A stretch of DNA of 64,000 nt from Strigamia acuminata (GCA_949358305.1 OX442314.1:5394001-5458000), one strand, 5' to 3'; counted from the stretch's first letter, positions 1 through 12,580 are shown. A program made the numbers and translations. The notes: generated from the letters alone by a model not told the origin.

Positions 1-730
1 GGTTTTTCCAGAGCAGTGACAAGGTTTAGATATCAATTCAAGAGTGTGCTAATTTTGATAATTCCAGCTTGGCACACTTCGGGTCTGCGCAGCAGACCTG
101 CGCAATTAGCTTAATAGTTGCACCAAAACGGTTAATTAGGGGCTCACCCCAGCCAATTTGGGGTGAGTTGTGCCTAGGGAGTTTGCATTCCCTAGTCACA
201 TGACTTGGTGTGCCAAACCAAGTAAATTAAGAAATAATAAAAATAAAAATAATATTCTTAAGTGGTGAAACATTTATTTACATAAATACATCAAGATCAC
301 CACACGGTTTCAGCGCCCATTCCTTCAATTCAAAACATGTCATGGTAGCTTCATTTGGGTCCTGTTCTTATAGTTGGGTTTCTATACACTAGAGGAAGGA
401 CATATAAGCTTTTAATGAAGTTAGATCCAACACTTACTGTAAACTGCTACTTTCTAAATCGATGGAATGTTATATCAATATTCTTGCTGCTTGGATAATT
501 TTATGAGTTTTACATGCGGTGTTACTAGGGAATAAAAACACGGATCAATTCTGTATTTAACGGTAAATAAAGAGCATAGTTGCCTTGTTTGCTTAAGGAT
601 ACAACACCAAACAGGCAAGCTCTCACATAGTTTTGAAAAACAATTTGTCAAAGCATCAGATGACGATTGTTGATTGAAAGGCTTAACTCAGCTCAGGTTT
701 GGCCCCAAATACCGGAACTGCAGAAATATA

Positions 731-3700
731 ATGCAGGGAAATCACTTGTTGAGAAGAAATATGCTAAGATTAACCAAACTACGCTCTGCAATTCAACTTA
801 TGATGAAAGATGATGCCAATAAACCAAACTGCGGTTTAATAGGTCTGGAAGATTTCGTAAACAGTAGAAATCATTGGAGCAGGCGTCACACATCTTGGTT
901 GTTTTTGCTTCTATTTTGTACATGCATGCTCACTTATCAGGCATACGATAGAGTAATGCATTACTTATGTTATCCTACGGCTGTTGATGTGACGACCAAA
1001 TCGGAAGAGTTTGTGCTACCAGATTTGATGATCTGCAGTGGCAACACAAAAGAATTGGCCAGGCTTTGGAATAAAACTTATGAGAACATCAAGACTACTG
1101 GACCTATTGATTACGGTTCAGTCCCATATGAATGTACAAACATGGTCAAAAATCTGATGGTAAATTCAAATTATGATATGGATGAACTTTGGAGAGCGAC
1201 TAATTTGACCAAAGAGATAGTCGGCATTAAAATGAAGGTAGAAAAAATAAAAAATATTTTTATAAATAATTAGTCTTAATTTAATTCGTTTAGGGATTTA
1301 CAAACAAAACAGCTGTTCTGACGGAAACTGACACTTCATATGGAATATGCTCAACATTTCAATTTTGTAACTATAAACAAAAAAAAAAGAATGTGTGCTT
1401 AAGACCACACGGTAGACGTTAAACTTCTTGACATGTAAATTGTAATTTTGTAATCTTAATTTGTAAATTTCAGTACTCTGAGACCAAAATAATTTTATTT
1501 TTGGGCCAAAATTATTGTTTTTTCCCAAAAATCATTTTGTTTTTTTCCAAAAATTATTTTGTTTTTTCCCAAAAATCATTTTGTTTTTTCCTAAAAATCA
1601 TTTTGTTTTTTACCAAAAATCATTTTGTTTTTTATCAAAAATTATTTTGTTTTTTACCAAAAATTATTTTCTTTTTTACCAAAAATCATTTTGTTTTTTA
1701 CCAAAAATTATTTTGTTTTTTACCAAAAATCATTTTGTTTTTTACCAAAAATCATTTTGTTTTTTACCAAAAATCATTTTGTTTTTTACCAACACACAAC
1801 AGCTAATTTTTGGTCCAAAAACTAACCACGTTATAGATCACGAGATATCAAACGAGATGTGTTACCAAAAACGCGATTATGCAGGCAAACAGTATGCATA
1901 ATCGCGACGTCGTAGCTAAGAATATCGCGTGTATTATTGAGGCCCGACGTGATCATGTTTTATTCCAGTTTCCCCAGAGACAGCAGTGCTTTTCGTGACA
2001 TCTCGTGATGTGACACGTCTCGTGTGATATCTCGTTTGGATTCACCTGTGCCAAAAGAAGTTTAACTTCAAAAACATAATCCACTTGATAACACAAATAT
2101 CATTCATTGGTACAGCTCAAACTACTAGCAAATCATTTGTCCGGAAAGTATTGACAGCAAATATCGAAAAAACATATGATTACGTATGCCCAATAGCTCC
2201 GTATCTAGTACGTAGTACAGTACCCAGTATAATGTATCAGAAAATACAGTTTTTGTTATTTTTTCTTTCTATTTTCGCTTAGGTATACATGTCGTTTTAT
2301 GATTTTGGAAGAAACATTCATGTAGCAACACCAAACCTTGGGGCCACATTAAAAATAGATTTGAGTTTTAACAAAGTAAACTTTTAAATTGTCTGATAAA
2401 ACTAGCAAGGAATATTTATATTAATTACTTATTAAATTATAGTTCATTTTTTTGAATTCATCTAAGAGTTCATGCTCCAGTGAAAATGAATACAAAGAAT
2501 GCTATCGTGGATGTTTGATGAAAAAATTTAAAGAACAATTGACGTGCAGGTGAGAATACGTGATTTATAGTAACAGCAATCAGAAAAATAAGAAAACATT
2601 TCCTTTGTAAGCTTTCCCTTTACAAAGACCGATTTACCACTTTGTAAATGTTCAGATAAGACACACGAGCTGTATGGTATTGCAAATCGTTTAATTGATA
2701 CAACAGATCCAATTACTGATTGTCTCTGTCGACGTCCATGCAAACATTTTATATTTATACCATACACTGATGCGGGCATAGCAGATGATAAAAATATTAT
2801 ATCTGTGTCACTAGCGATAACTAATGATAAAATCAACGTGTATGAAGAACGGTTCACATACGATGTTATTGCTTTACTATCAGATTTAGGAGGAAATCTG
2901 GGCCTATTTCTCGGTCTATCGATAACCTCGTTGCTTGAAATCGCTTGGTATCTAGCAAACATTCGGAGAAAAAAACCGATTAATAAGATCCACCGTGTTT
3001 ACGACAAATGCACAAAGAATATAATTGCGAGTCAAGAGCAAATTAAAAGAAATATAATTTCATTTGATTTTAAGAAAATACTGGTTATAATTTGCTCGGG
3101 AATCACTTTGTATTGTTTGCAAATTCGTGTAAACTACTACATTGAAGAACCAGTAACAAAAATTGTGAGAATAGTTCCACGACGCTTTACCCAATATCCA
3201 ACCGTCACAGTCTGTGGCGAAACACAAGATGATGATATTGATGAAGCCAGATTGAATTGGATGAAACAAACTAAGAAAACCTGCAATAATGTATCACCGT
3301 GGCAATTGTTCAACGACAATTTATCATTGGATGATATCTGGGAAAAACTCAATGTCCACGACACAGTCTCCTTTAATAATGAAATAACTAATACGGTATA
3401 TTCCTAAATATAATCATGACATGAAAATTAGACTGAATTATTTGATATTTATAGTATTTTCTTGGATATAAAACAATACTTAACACTTCAAAAATTCTCA
3501 TTCCCCTTCCCTTTGGCCATTGTACACAAATAAATTCAGGTATGTACAGTATACGTAAAGCTGGTAATTTCATAAACACTCTTGGGATTCAATCTCCTTT
3601 TCTTCTAGAAAAATCAACCAACTTAATGGTAGTCCTCCATGTTGCGTTTGAATTCTTAAATCCTCCTGAAGTATGTTGCCAGCATATAAAGGTAAGCTAA

Positions 3701-4572
3701 AATCAATTGGATTTCTGTCGCAATGTTGCAATGTTGCACTGGGTGGAATGAAAAAATTTTATTTAACCTAAAATAAGGCTACATATTTTTGAATTTATTT
3801 TATTGTTCAGTTATTTCTAAATAACCCAGAAGAGGAAGTTAACCAACTGGAACCGTTAAAATTAATGTATGGATGGTTGAATGAGGCAAAACTTCAAATA
3901 TTTAAGGTAACAAAATAAACAATATTCTGTGTACGAATACGGTAAATCATGTTATGCTGACCTTGATTTTATCAAATAGACTGTACGAAGAAATACGAAG
4001 CGCAATCCATGTGAAGAAGTCAAAACTGCTTATCTCAAGTGTAAAAATGCTTGCATGCAAACCAATTTATTTCAAAGTATTTACTGCAGGTACGGCAGAT
4101 AGTTGACACATTTGCTGATTTCGCATACATTTAGATTTTCATATTTTGTTGTGATCTTTCCGTTAATGTTTTATTTTTTCTTTTCAGATTACCCTATATG
4201 TCAGCATCAAATTTGCCAAATTGCAACACTACAAGCGATGTTACTACTGCTCATCTAATGTACTTAAATAACTACGACTCTAATCAAAAACAGTGCAAAT
4301 GTAAACAACCTTGTGAAAATTTTTTTTACAAAACTATTTTTCGTGGGAATAAGCTGCCAGTTAATTTCTACACATTTATTACCCTTCGATTAGTTGATAA
4401 TTTCATCGAGACCATGGAAGAGCAGCAGAAATATCCAATGTCTCAATTGTTAAGCGATATTGGCAGCATTCTAGGATTAACTTTGGGAATGTCAATATTA
4501 TCGTTCTACATTTGCATTTTAAACAGTTTTAATTGGTTCAGAGTCTGCTTGGGTAATCGATTTGAAAATTAA
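731..4572 (+). CDS. DEG/ENaC (ASIC/pickpocket-like) channel gene copy 1, two tandem subunit modules, multi-exon; exon 2 interrupted by an insertion
   Basis: GT-AG exons approx. 731-1237, 1294-~1385 + ~2070-2207, 2283-2375, 2443-2549, 2612-3395, 3455-3539, 3609-3691, 3811-3906, 3980-4089, 4188-4572 (~820 aa). Module 1: TM1 WLFLLLFCTCMLTYQ..YPT..LPDLMIC, Cys-rich thumb, TM2 LLSDLGGNLGLFLGLS. Module 2: TM1 ILVIICSGITLYCL..YPTVTVC, CKCKQPC, TM2 LLSDIGSILGLTLGMS. Confidence 0.85.
1386..2069. mobile_element. TE-derived insertion within exon 2 of DEG/ENaC copy 1
   Basis: Absent from the minus-strand paralogs, where CNYKQK runs straight into SLIIQISF. Inverted repeat gttaaacttct / agaagtttaac near the ends. 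Homologous insertion in copy 4 (~54175-54780). Confidence 0.6.
1505..1791. repeat. ~21-bp minisatellite (aaaatcattttgttttttacc)n
   Basis: About 13-14 direct copies; explains the spurious ORFs at 1501-1901. Confidence 0.9.
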
Positions 4573-6059
4573 AAGCTCACATGAAAATTTTTAACTTTCT
4601 CCAGCCTGGAACGGGTAGGGGAGCACAGGTGTTATGAAAACGATGTTTTGAAATTGAAACACTATTGCGCACTAATATTCACTATTAATTGATTATACGA
4701 CATGTAATAGCAATTTTAAGTATTAATAAATTAGCTTCGTTTCCATGGTGTACTCGTTGGAATATTTGTGTGTCAAACAATGAGGTCGGTGCAAAGTAAA
4801 CAAGTTTTAATTCAAATTCAATTTCGAGCTTAAGCCTTACTAAAGCAGGTGTAATTTTAGGCTTGCCAATTACAGAAATGTGACTTGAAATTTTTATTTT
4901 TGTTAATTTTGTCGTTATTTTGGTGTTTTTAGTAGTTTTATTGTTTTTAAGGATGTTTTATTAGTTAAATCTAACATCTTTAAAATAGTAACTATAATCA
5001 CAAATCATGCCTGAAACAATAAAACGACATAGAAATGAGAAAATAAACACATTACTTTATATAATCAGAAAAAGATAATTTAAAACAATATGTACCTCCA
5101 GAGATTCCGTGGAAACACTTTGAAACTAACTAAATTAGCAATCAATCCTTTAATCACAAGAAAACGACCTGTCAGGTCGAAAATAACAACTCGTAGAAAA
5201 TAATAGAATACTTCAAAAACCCCTACAAACTCTGTAGACCGATTTCGACGAGATGTTCTGAACGAAAAGGCGTAGAACATGTTTCAACCAATCAGGCATC
5301 TCGGAAATCTCAAGCCCGGCATATTAATCCTAAATACATTCCAATCACGTAACGTATTCATTATTTCAAAACATCAAATAATACTATAATTAATATAAAC
5401 ATTTAATTATTATCTTGCAGATCTTAAAGTCACTTCAAACTTGAGTTAAACCCCAAATTCTGGATATCTGACGTCATCAAAAGTGCGAAAAATCTCCCTC
5501 CAGATGTGGTCTCAGAAACCTTCAAGATCATTTAGGACCACCAAACCATCAATGGCAATCAATTCCTTGGTACAAAATACACCCAACAAGCAGGTTAGAT
5601 AAATTTTACAACTCTTTAAATTATTTTTACAACGTCCGGTGGGCGATATAAAATTGTCAACAGCGTGGCAGAAACGACTCGACGACTGCTTACCTGGGGT
5701 AGCTGATTTAGATGTCTTGTCCTTGACAGAAAACATGCGTTTGTAGTATTTTATTACTGATAAAGAACGAATGCTGACACCACAATGAAACAACACGAAA
5801 ACGAAGCTGATTTATTAATGCTTAAACTTACAATTACATCGTACAATGAAATATTTTACACGAATTTCTACTTTTTCAATTATTAGTGCCTTTGCTGTAG
5901 AGTTTAGATTGTGAGATGTGCTGGAGGTTCAAAAGGCATTTGACTCATCACTAAATAGTTTTTGCAACATCACAAATCGAAATATAATGGCAACTGGAAA
6001 TATTTGGAAACATTGTCTGAAATTGTGTAATTGTGAAATTGTGATTTGAAAATTCTAAA

Positions 6060-6390
6060 CAATGTCACAAATTAAACCAAACAGATTCTGAAAGTGTTTA
6101 GAATGCAAATGTCGAACGATAATAATGACGTTCACGACGTTAATTCTAGAATGCTGCCGATATCGCTTAACAATTGAGATATTGGACGGTGCTGGACTGG
6201 CCCGGCGGGCTGCCGGGAATTTTCAGGTGGCCCGTCCCTGGCCCACCATAGCTTGTCCCGATGGCCTGATCCATCCAGATTTCCCGGTACTAAATTTTTA
6301 CCCAGTCCAGCCCTGATATTGGATATTTTTCCTTCTCTTCGATAACCTCGGTGAAACTATCAGCTAATCGAACGTTCATAAACGTGATAA
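6060..6390 (-). pseudogene. Degenerate fragment of a DEG/ENaC last exon (second TM2 region)
   Basis: Similar to 6700-6880 (ctagaatgctgccgatatcgcttaa..ttgaga..ttgga); stops and a MITE insertion; duplicated at ~34730-35050. Confidence 0.7.
6187..6315. mobile_element. hAT-type MITE
   Basis: TIR cggtgctggactgg/ccagtccagccctg, 8-bp TSD atattgga; counterpart at 34845-34981. Confidence 0.8.
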
Positions 6391-7860
6391 AGTCAACTGC
6401 AAGCCATAAACAATTTCAATATGTGCTGATCGACGTTGTGCCGGCTTTATATATGTTACACGTAGAAATACCACACTGGTTAAGGTTCTACCCACTAATT
6501 CCTACTTCTAGTATAATTGTGGCCCCTGCTGCAGATGCCATGAGATGTGCTGTTTACAAAAGGCATTTGACTTATCACAAAAGAATTTTTTGTGATGATT
6601 TGCGATTGCAAATTCGATTATTGACAGCAGGATGAATGTTGAAAATGAGTTGTGCGGTGTTTTAAACAATCCCACAAATTACACACGATTACTCAAGCAG
6701 ACTCTGAACCAATTCAAACTGTTTAGAATGCAAATGTAGAAAGATAGTATTGACATTCCCAAACCTAATCCTAGAATGCTGCCGATATCGCTTAAGAATT
6801 GAGACATTGGATATTTCTGTTTCTCTTCTATGGTCTCGATCAAACTATCAACTAATTGAAAAGTCACAAACGTGTAAAAATTGACTGGTAACTTACTCCC
6901 ATGCACAATAGTTTGGTAAAACTTATTTTCGCAAGGTCGTTTACATTTGCACTGTTCTTGATTCGAAGCGTAGTTATTGAAGTACATCAGATGAGTGGTA
7001 GTAACATCTTTTGTAGTGTTGCAATCTGATAAATTTGATGCTGTCATATAAGGTAATCTGAAAAGCGATTATAACAAGTAATTCACAAATAGATGACAAT
7101 AAAATGTGACAATAAATAAAAATAAATGTGAAACAAGCACTGAGATGTGAATAAAATAAAATGTGTCCATTGCCTAGCATACCTGCAGTTAATGCTTCTA
7201 AATAAATTGTTTTGTACACAAACATTTTTACACATCAAATATGTCGTTTTGTTGTCTTCACATGGATTGCGCTTTGTATTTCTTTGTACAGTCTATTTTA
7301 TAAAATCAAGTTCATTATAAACAGGATGTATGAATTTTTTTGTATATGTTTATTGTATCATGTCCCGGAATTGTAAATCAGTTGCTATTGTTTTTATAAA
7401 TTGCGTGTGTATGTACCACAACTGATTTCCCTCCATATAATGACTTATTTAATCGTCGTCTGCTCAAATGAGCATTGTGTATTATAGGAATTTGTTCTGT
7501 TCTAACAAGGGGAGGGCACCAATAAGCTATCACAGATTGTTGTAATATTAAACAAGAAGGATTGTTATATCATGCTGAATAAGACCCTAAAATAATTTCA
7601 TTCCATAAACAGCCAACAATGCAAACAATGAGCTGAAAGTTGGCACTATTTTGTCTGTGTATACATCAAATCTGAGCAATCAGGCCTAGTGTATGAATAC
7701 TGTAAACAACAGTTGCTAGGTAAAAAATAGTTCCAAGATCTAAGTTCAATTTTATCATTTGAGATTCAATGATGTCATTTCCTCTTTTGATATCACATGA
7801 CATATGACATCAGAACTTTGTTCAACAACATGACTGTCTTCATGAAGACAATAATAGTTT

Positions 7861-7932
7861 GTAGTGGTGGTCCAGTGGTTAAAGCAATGGACTAGGTATC
7901 TTTCCACACAGGTTCAAATCCTGTTGAATGTG
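7861..7932 (+). pseudogene. tRNA-Ser-derived sequence (A box/B box) in the left MITE arm
   Basis: gtagtggtggtccagtggttaaagcaatggactag...caggttcaaatcctg resembles eukaryotic tRNA-Ser; anticodon and variable arm are degenerate. Confidence 0.7.
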
Positions 7933-8103
7933 AAAATTTTTACATTTATTTTTGTTAAATTTTAGCAGTTATTTTAATGTTTGTAATTTTATATTTGTTT
8001 TCAGAAAATTTTAATTTGATTAATTTTAATTTTTTAACAAATATAAAATTACAAACATTAAAATAACTGCTAAAATTTAACAAAAAATGAATGTAAAAAT
8101 TTT

Positions 8104-8175
8104 CACACACAACAGGATTTGAACCTGTGTGGAAAGATAGCTAGTCCATTGCCTTAACCACTGGACCACCACTAC
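8104..8175 (-). pseudogene. tRNA-Ser-derived sequence in the right MITE arm
   Basis: Inverted copy of 7861-7932 (gtagtggtggtccagtggttaaggcaatggactag..ggttcaaatcc). Confidence 0.7.
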
Positions 8176-9871
8176 AAACTATTATTGTCTTCATGAAGAC
8201 AGTCATGTTGTTGAACAAAGTTCTGATGTCATATGTCATGTGATATCAAAAGAGAAAATGACATCATTGAATCTCAAATGATAAAATTGAACTTGGATCT
8301 TGGAACTATTTTTTACCTAGCAACTGTTGTTTACAGTATTCATACACTAGGCCTGATTGCTCAGATTTGATGTATACACAGACAAAATAGTGCCAACTTT
8401 CAGCTCATTGTTTGCATTGTTGGCTGTTTATGGAATGAAATTATTTTAGGGTCTCATTCAGCATGATATAACAATCCTTCTTGTTTAATATTACAACAAT
8501 CTGTGATAGCTTATTGGTGCCCTCCCCTTGTAAGTTGTGTTTATATTTTAATAGTGTACAGGACAAATCAACCAAATGAAGTATTGATTTGTTCTCCCTA
8601 TAGTTTGTGAGGTCAAATAACCTCAAACCACATGTTATGTTTTTCCACTGCAATAAAGATGGCGGCACAATTTGTGCTTGTAATGCAAAAGACTAAAATC
8701 AGGATTGGACTCACTTTATTGATTTAATGGCCTACAAGTGGTAGCAGAGGGTGGTTTGCGTGGGTGAGTTCCTGTCGAAATTCATACTTTCTCGGCGATT
8801 TTCCACGTCTGGAGCGGCCACGACGCACGGAAAACGAGGGGCGGGCGATACGAAACGTTTCCCGCACGTCGCCGAGCAGTGAAGTCCGCGAATTGCGACC
8901 CGAAGCAGGATTGATCGTTTCGGACGAATTTCGACCACAAACGGTGTTGAATCACCGTAGAATCAGCTGTATAAACAGCAGGAACACAGTGAAGTACTTT
9001 TTGCATTTATTTCGGCGTATAATAAGCCATTTTTCTTGTTTTCATCCGTACGATGACACGTCATTTCAAAATGGCGGCGCCCAGTGCGGCTTGTGTTTGA
9101 GGACGGATTCGGGCTGTCATCGAGTCAACGTGTGGATCCCGACGCTGGAATTAACGACGAGGAACCATAAGAGGACCCAAGGAATTGATTGGGACTGGTT
9201 TCGGGACGATTTGAATAAGATTTCGGCGAAAACGAAGCGATTTTCGTCGGCGGCGATCGGGATTGATTTCCGCAACATTTTGGCGACGTCGCTCGCCAAT
9301 ATCGAGCAGGATACGAACGTACGACGTTCGTACAACGAGCAGAGCATCGGTACGGGTCAGTTTTGACCGATATTTTCCATTTTTGGACGCGTTTCGTGCG
9401 ACGAGCCGAAACGCATCGCGGATTTGCACGTGAAGTGTATCTGCGCATCGCTGGGACCGGTTAAGCCTTGTGCCAGGTGCACAAGTGAAAGCCAACGATT
9501 TCCAGCACTGAAAACATCACAACTTGCCATCTTCACATCATTTTAGTGTATATATTTGGGTTCGAAATTATTTGTGAATATTATTAAGGTTTTGTTTGGG
9601 CCCTTTAATATATTCGGCACCCTTTAGGCATTCGCCTAGTGTCGTCTTATTTTCGGCTAGGCTTGCTCGAAGCAAGGGGATTTTCCCGCGACCCCAGGTG
9701 TGTCGGTCGGAGGTCCTTGTAGCGACTAGTCGGAGAAGTTGTGCTCACTTATTGAGCTGTACCCCGGGTGGAATTGCATTATTTTTCGCCTAATTTTTGG
9801 TGGGTTAAGTGTTATATTTTGCAAGTGTTGTGATTCTAAGTGATTTTGTGTATTGTGCTCCGCATCGCATC

Positions 9872-12037
9872 ATGGCTAGTGAAAATATGGAAGATTTTTC
9901 CAAGCCATTCAATGTAAACATTCGCAAACTTGATGGCAACAATTATGACTCATGGGCAGTAGATATGCAGCTCTATTTAGAGCACCAAGGAGTCTGGAGC
10001 CACGTTGTTGGAACTGAGCCAGCATTGGCCGTAACGGCCTCTCCGAAGGAGAAACGCGATTTCCAGGCGCGTGAATCCCGTGCACGTTCCTCCATTTGTC
10101 TCGGCTGCACAGAAGCGCAAAAAGGAGTTGCTGTTGCACATAAAACAGCAAAGGGAGCGTGGGACGCGTTAAAAACGGCGTACCAGCCGACCACGATGGC
10201 GCGACAAGCCAGGCTACGCCGGGAGTTTTTACAGCTCCAAATGCTTCCAGGGGACGACATGGTCGTGTTCACCTCTAGGGTGGACAGGAAGGCGATAGAG
10301 TTAAAGGACGTGGATATTACTTTAACGGAAAAGGAAATCGCGTTCCAATATTTGGATTTCCTCGGGCCTGAATACGAGGCTCTAAAATCCATCGTGTACC
10401 ACTGGGACAAAGCCGACTTCACGGTCGCGAAAGTCAAAGAAAGGCTCCTTGCTGAGTATAACAGGACCCATGGTGGGACTGCGCCGGGGATGCGACTGCA
10501 TCTGCAACTGGAGCTTATGCGACGAACCCACAACGGTCACAGCAAAAAGGAATTGTTTGCTACAACTGCGGCTGAAAAGGACACTTTTCACGCGATTGCC
10601 CTTCATCGAAACAGGGCTTTACGATTGTGCCGACCAAATCTGCATCGAACATTTCTCAGTCTCGTGGGCGCGGCAAAGGCCGTGGCCGTGCACGGGGAAG
10701 GAAAGCTAACCTGAGCTCTTCTGAGGAACTGGAAGGATTCTACACATCCCTTCAGCAGACTATTGGACAATCAACGACAACCGTGTCTTCATTTGTAACA
10801 TCATCTGGGTGCAAGACATGGCGTGGTACGTGGACACTGGTGCCACGGACCATTTTACCTTCACTAAACATGGTTTTGTGAATTATAAGCCTCTTTCGAA
10901 TTATTCAGTGCGATTGGGTGAGGGTTCATCCAAAATTGATGGGGTAGGAGATATAAAGCTCGAATCAAGGGATAAATCTCAAGGGCACCCATTCATATTA
11001 AAGAATGTGTTTTACGCACCAAATTTTACTAAAAATTTGATTTCCCTCGGTCGCACTGATGAGGCTGGGTATATAACCCGAGTTGGTGAAGGGAAAATGG
11101 TCATTTTCAAACAACGGATTACGGAACCAATACTGACAGCCATGCGTCAGTCGGATAGAATGTACAAGAGTTCTTGTCAGATTGCGGTTCCTTCTGTAAA
11201 TGCAAGTGCAATTCCGACGCATGCGGAAGCACCTGACATAAGTAATCCGGTTACTAACCAATTAAGTGTTACTGAAAATGTTGATATTGTTAACAATAGC
11301 GTTTTATCTAATTCTAACTCGAGTGAATGCGTAACGCAGGCGAGCGAAATTACGAAGCCGTCTTACAGTGACGTGTTGAACACATCAAAAAGCATGAAGG
11401 GCAGTAAAACTACAAAGACTTTAACTGTTTCCGGCGGAACTGACGTGAGTGCGCTTCCGGCCGACAGAGTTAAAGGGGTTCAACCTAATGTAAAAGCGGA
11501 TAAAGCATTAGATATTAGTTATTGGCACGGCCGGATGGCACATTTACACACGAAGGGTATTGTTGACATGGAAAAGTCAACAGATATTTTTGGAGTGAAA
11601 TTGTCTAATAAAGACATGGACCCGTGTGACGCGTGCATCAGAGCGAAAAAGACGCGTGCGGGGTTTCCTCCGATCGGACAAATTTTGACCAAAGGCATAT
11701 TAGACCTTGTTCATATGGACGTCTGGGGAGCGAGCCAAACTAAAACCCTTGGGGGTGGGAATTATTTCCTACTTTTAGTGGACGATTTTTCACGTTTTAT
11801 GTGGATATACATCATGAAGAAGAAAAGTGATGTATTAGGGATTTTTAAGATTTGGCAAAGAGAGATCGAACGCTCTACATCTAAAAAGGTCAAAGCGGTA
11901 CGAACTGACAGAGGGGGTGAATTTGTATCCAAGGAATGGGAAGACTATGCTCAACAAGAAGGAATTAAATGCGAGCGGACGAATGCATATTCGCCCGAAA
12001 TGAATTCTGTGGCCGAGCGGGCCAACCGCCTAATCTT
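9872..12037 (+). pseudogene. Copia gag-protease-integrase N-part (frameshifted)
   Basis: KLDGNNYDSWAVDM gag start; zinc knuckle CYNC..GH..C in a shifted frame (~10555-10600); PR DTGA; HHCC (WHGRMAH..CDAC); rve core, cut at ANRLIL by the foldback element. Confidence 0.88.
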
Positions 12038-12194
12038 GGGGTGCCGTTCCAACGGCGAATCGTCCAAGGGCGAATCTGGCCATTCGGACGAAAGGCGAAT
12101 TTTGACTTTATTCTGTCCAAAGCAGTCCCAATGGCAAATTTCTCCCAATTCGCCATTGGGACTGCTTTTGGACCTTTCTAATGGCGAATTGGTA

Positions 12195-12565
12195 ACCGAT
12201 TCGCCATTGGAAACGCAGAAACGTTTCCAATGGCGAATATGTGCGTGTTGAAATTCGCCGTTGGAAACGCAAAAACGTGTCTAATGGCGAATAGGTGTAG
12301 ATTGAAATTCGCCGTTGGAAACGCAAAAACGTTCCCAATGGCGAATACGTGTAGGTTGAAATTCGCCGTTGGAAACGCAAAAACGTTTCCAATGGTGAAT
12401 ACGTGTAGGTTGAAATTCGCCGTTGGAAACGCAAAAACGTTCCCAATGGCGAATACGTGTAGGTTGAAATTCGCCTTTGGAAACGCAAAAACGTTTCCAA
12501 TGACGAATATGTGTTGGTTGAAATTTGCCATTGGAAAGGGTTTTGCGTTTCCAACGGCGAATTGA
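12195..12565. repeat. ~54-bp subterminal tandem repeats, left foldback arm
   Basis: Unit ttgaaattcgccgttggaaacgcaaaaacgtttccaatggcgaatacgtgtagg, ~6-7 copies. Confidence 0.9.
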
Positions 12566-12580
12566 AATTGAACGCGCCTA

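Larger units (their letters stand above)
7506..8530. mobile_element. Palindromic MITE (PIF/Harbinger-like by TSD) inserted in the 5' LTR
   Basis: ~500-bp near-perfect inverted arms caaggggagggc../..gccctccccttg; TAA TSD; the empty site tctaagttg is present in the 3' LTR (~25231). Confidence 0.9.

Noticed and set aside
66..220. Possible small MITE (ttggcacac/gtgtgccaa)
   Set aside because: Short inverted repeat, no clear TSD and no second copy in the window.
1501..1901. Phe/Lys-rich ORFs
   Set aside because: Translation of a 21-bp minisatellite.
7861..7932. Functional tRNA-Ser gene
   Set aside because: Acceptor and anticodon stems pair poorly and the variable arm is shortened; treated as tRNA-derived.
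8732..9793. Several overlapping ORFs in the Copia leader
   Set aside because: No recognisable motifs; open frames on both strands are explained by higher GC content.
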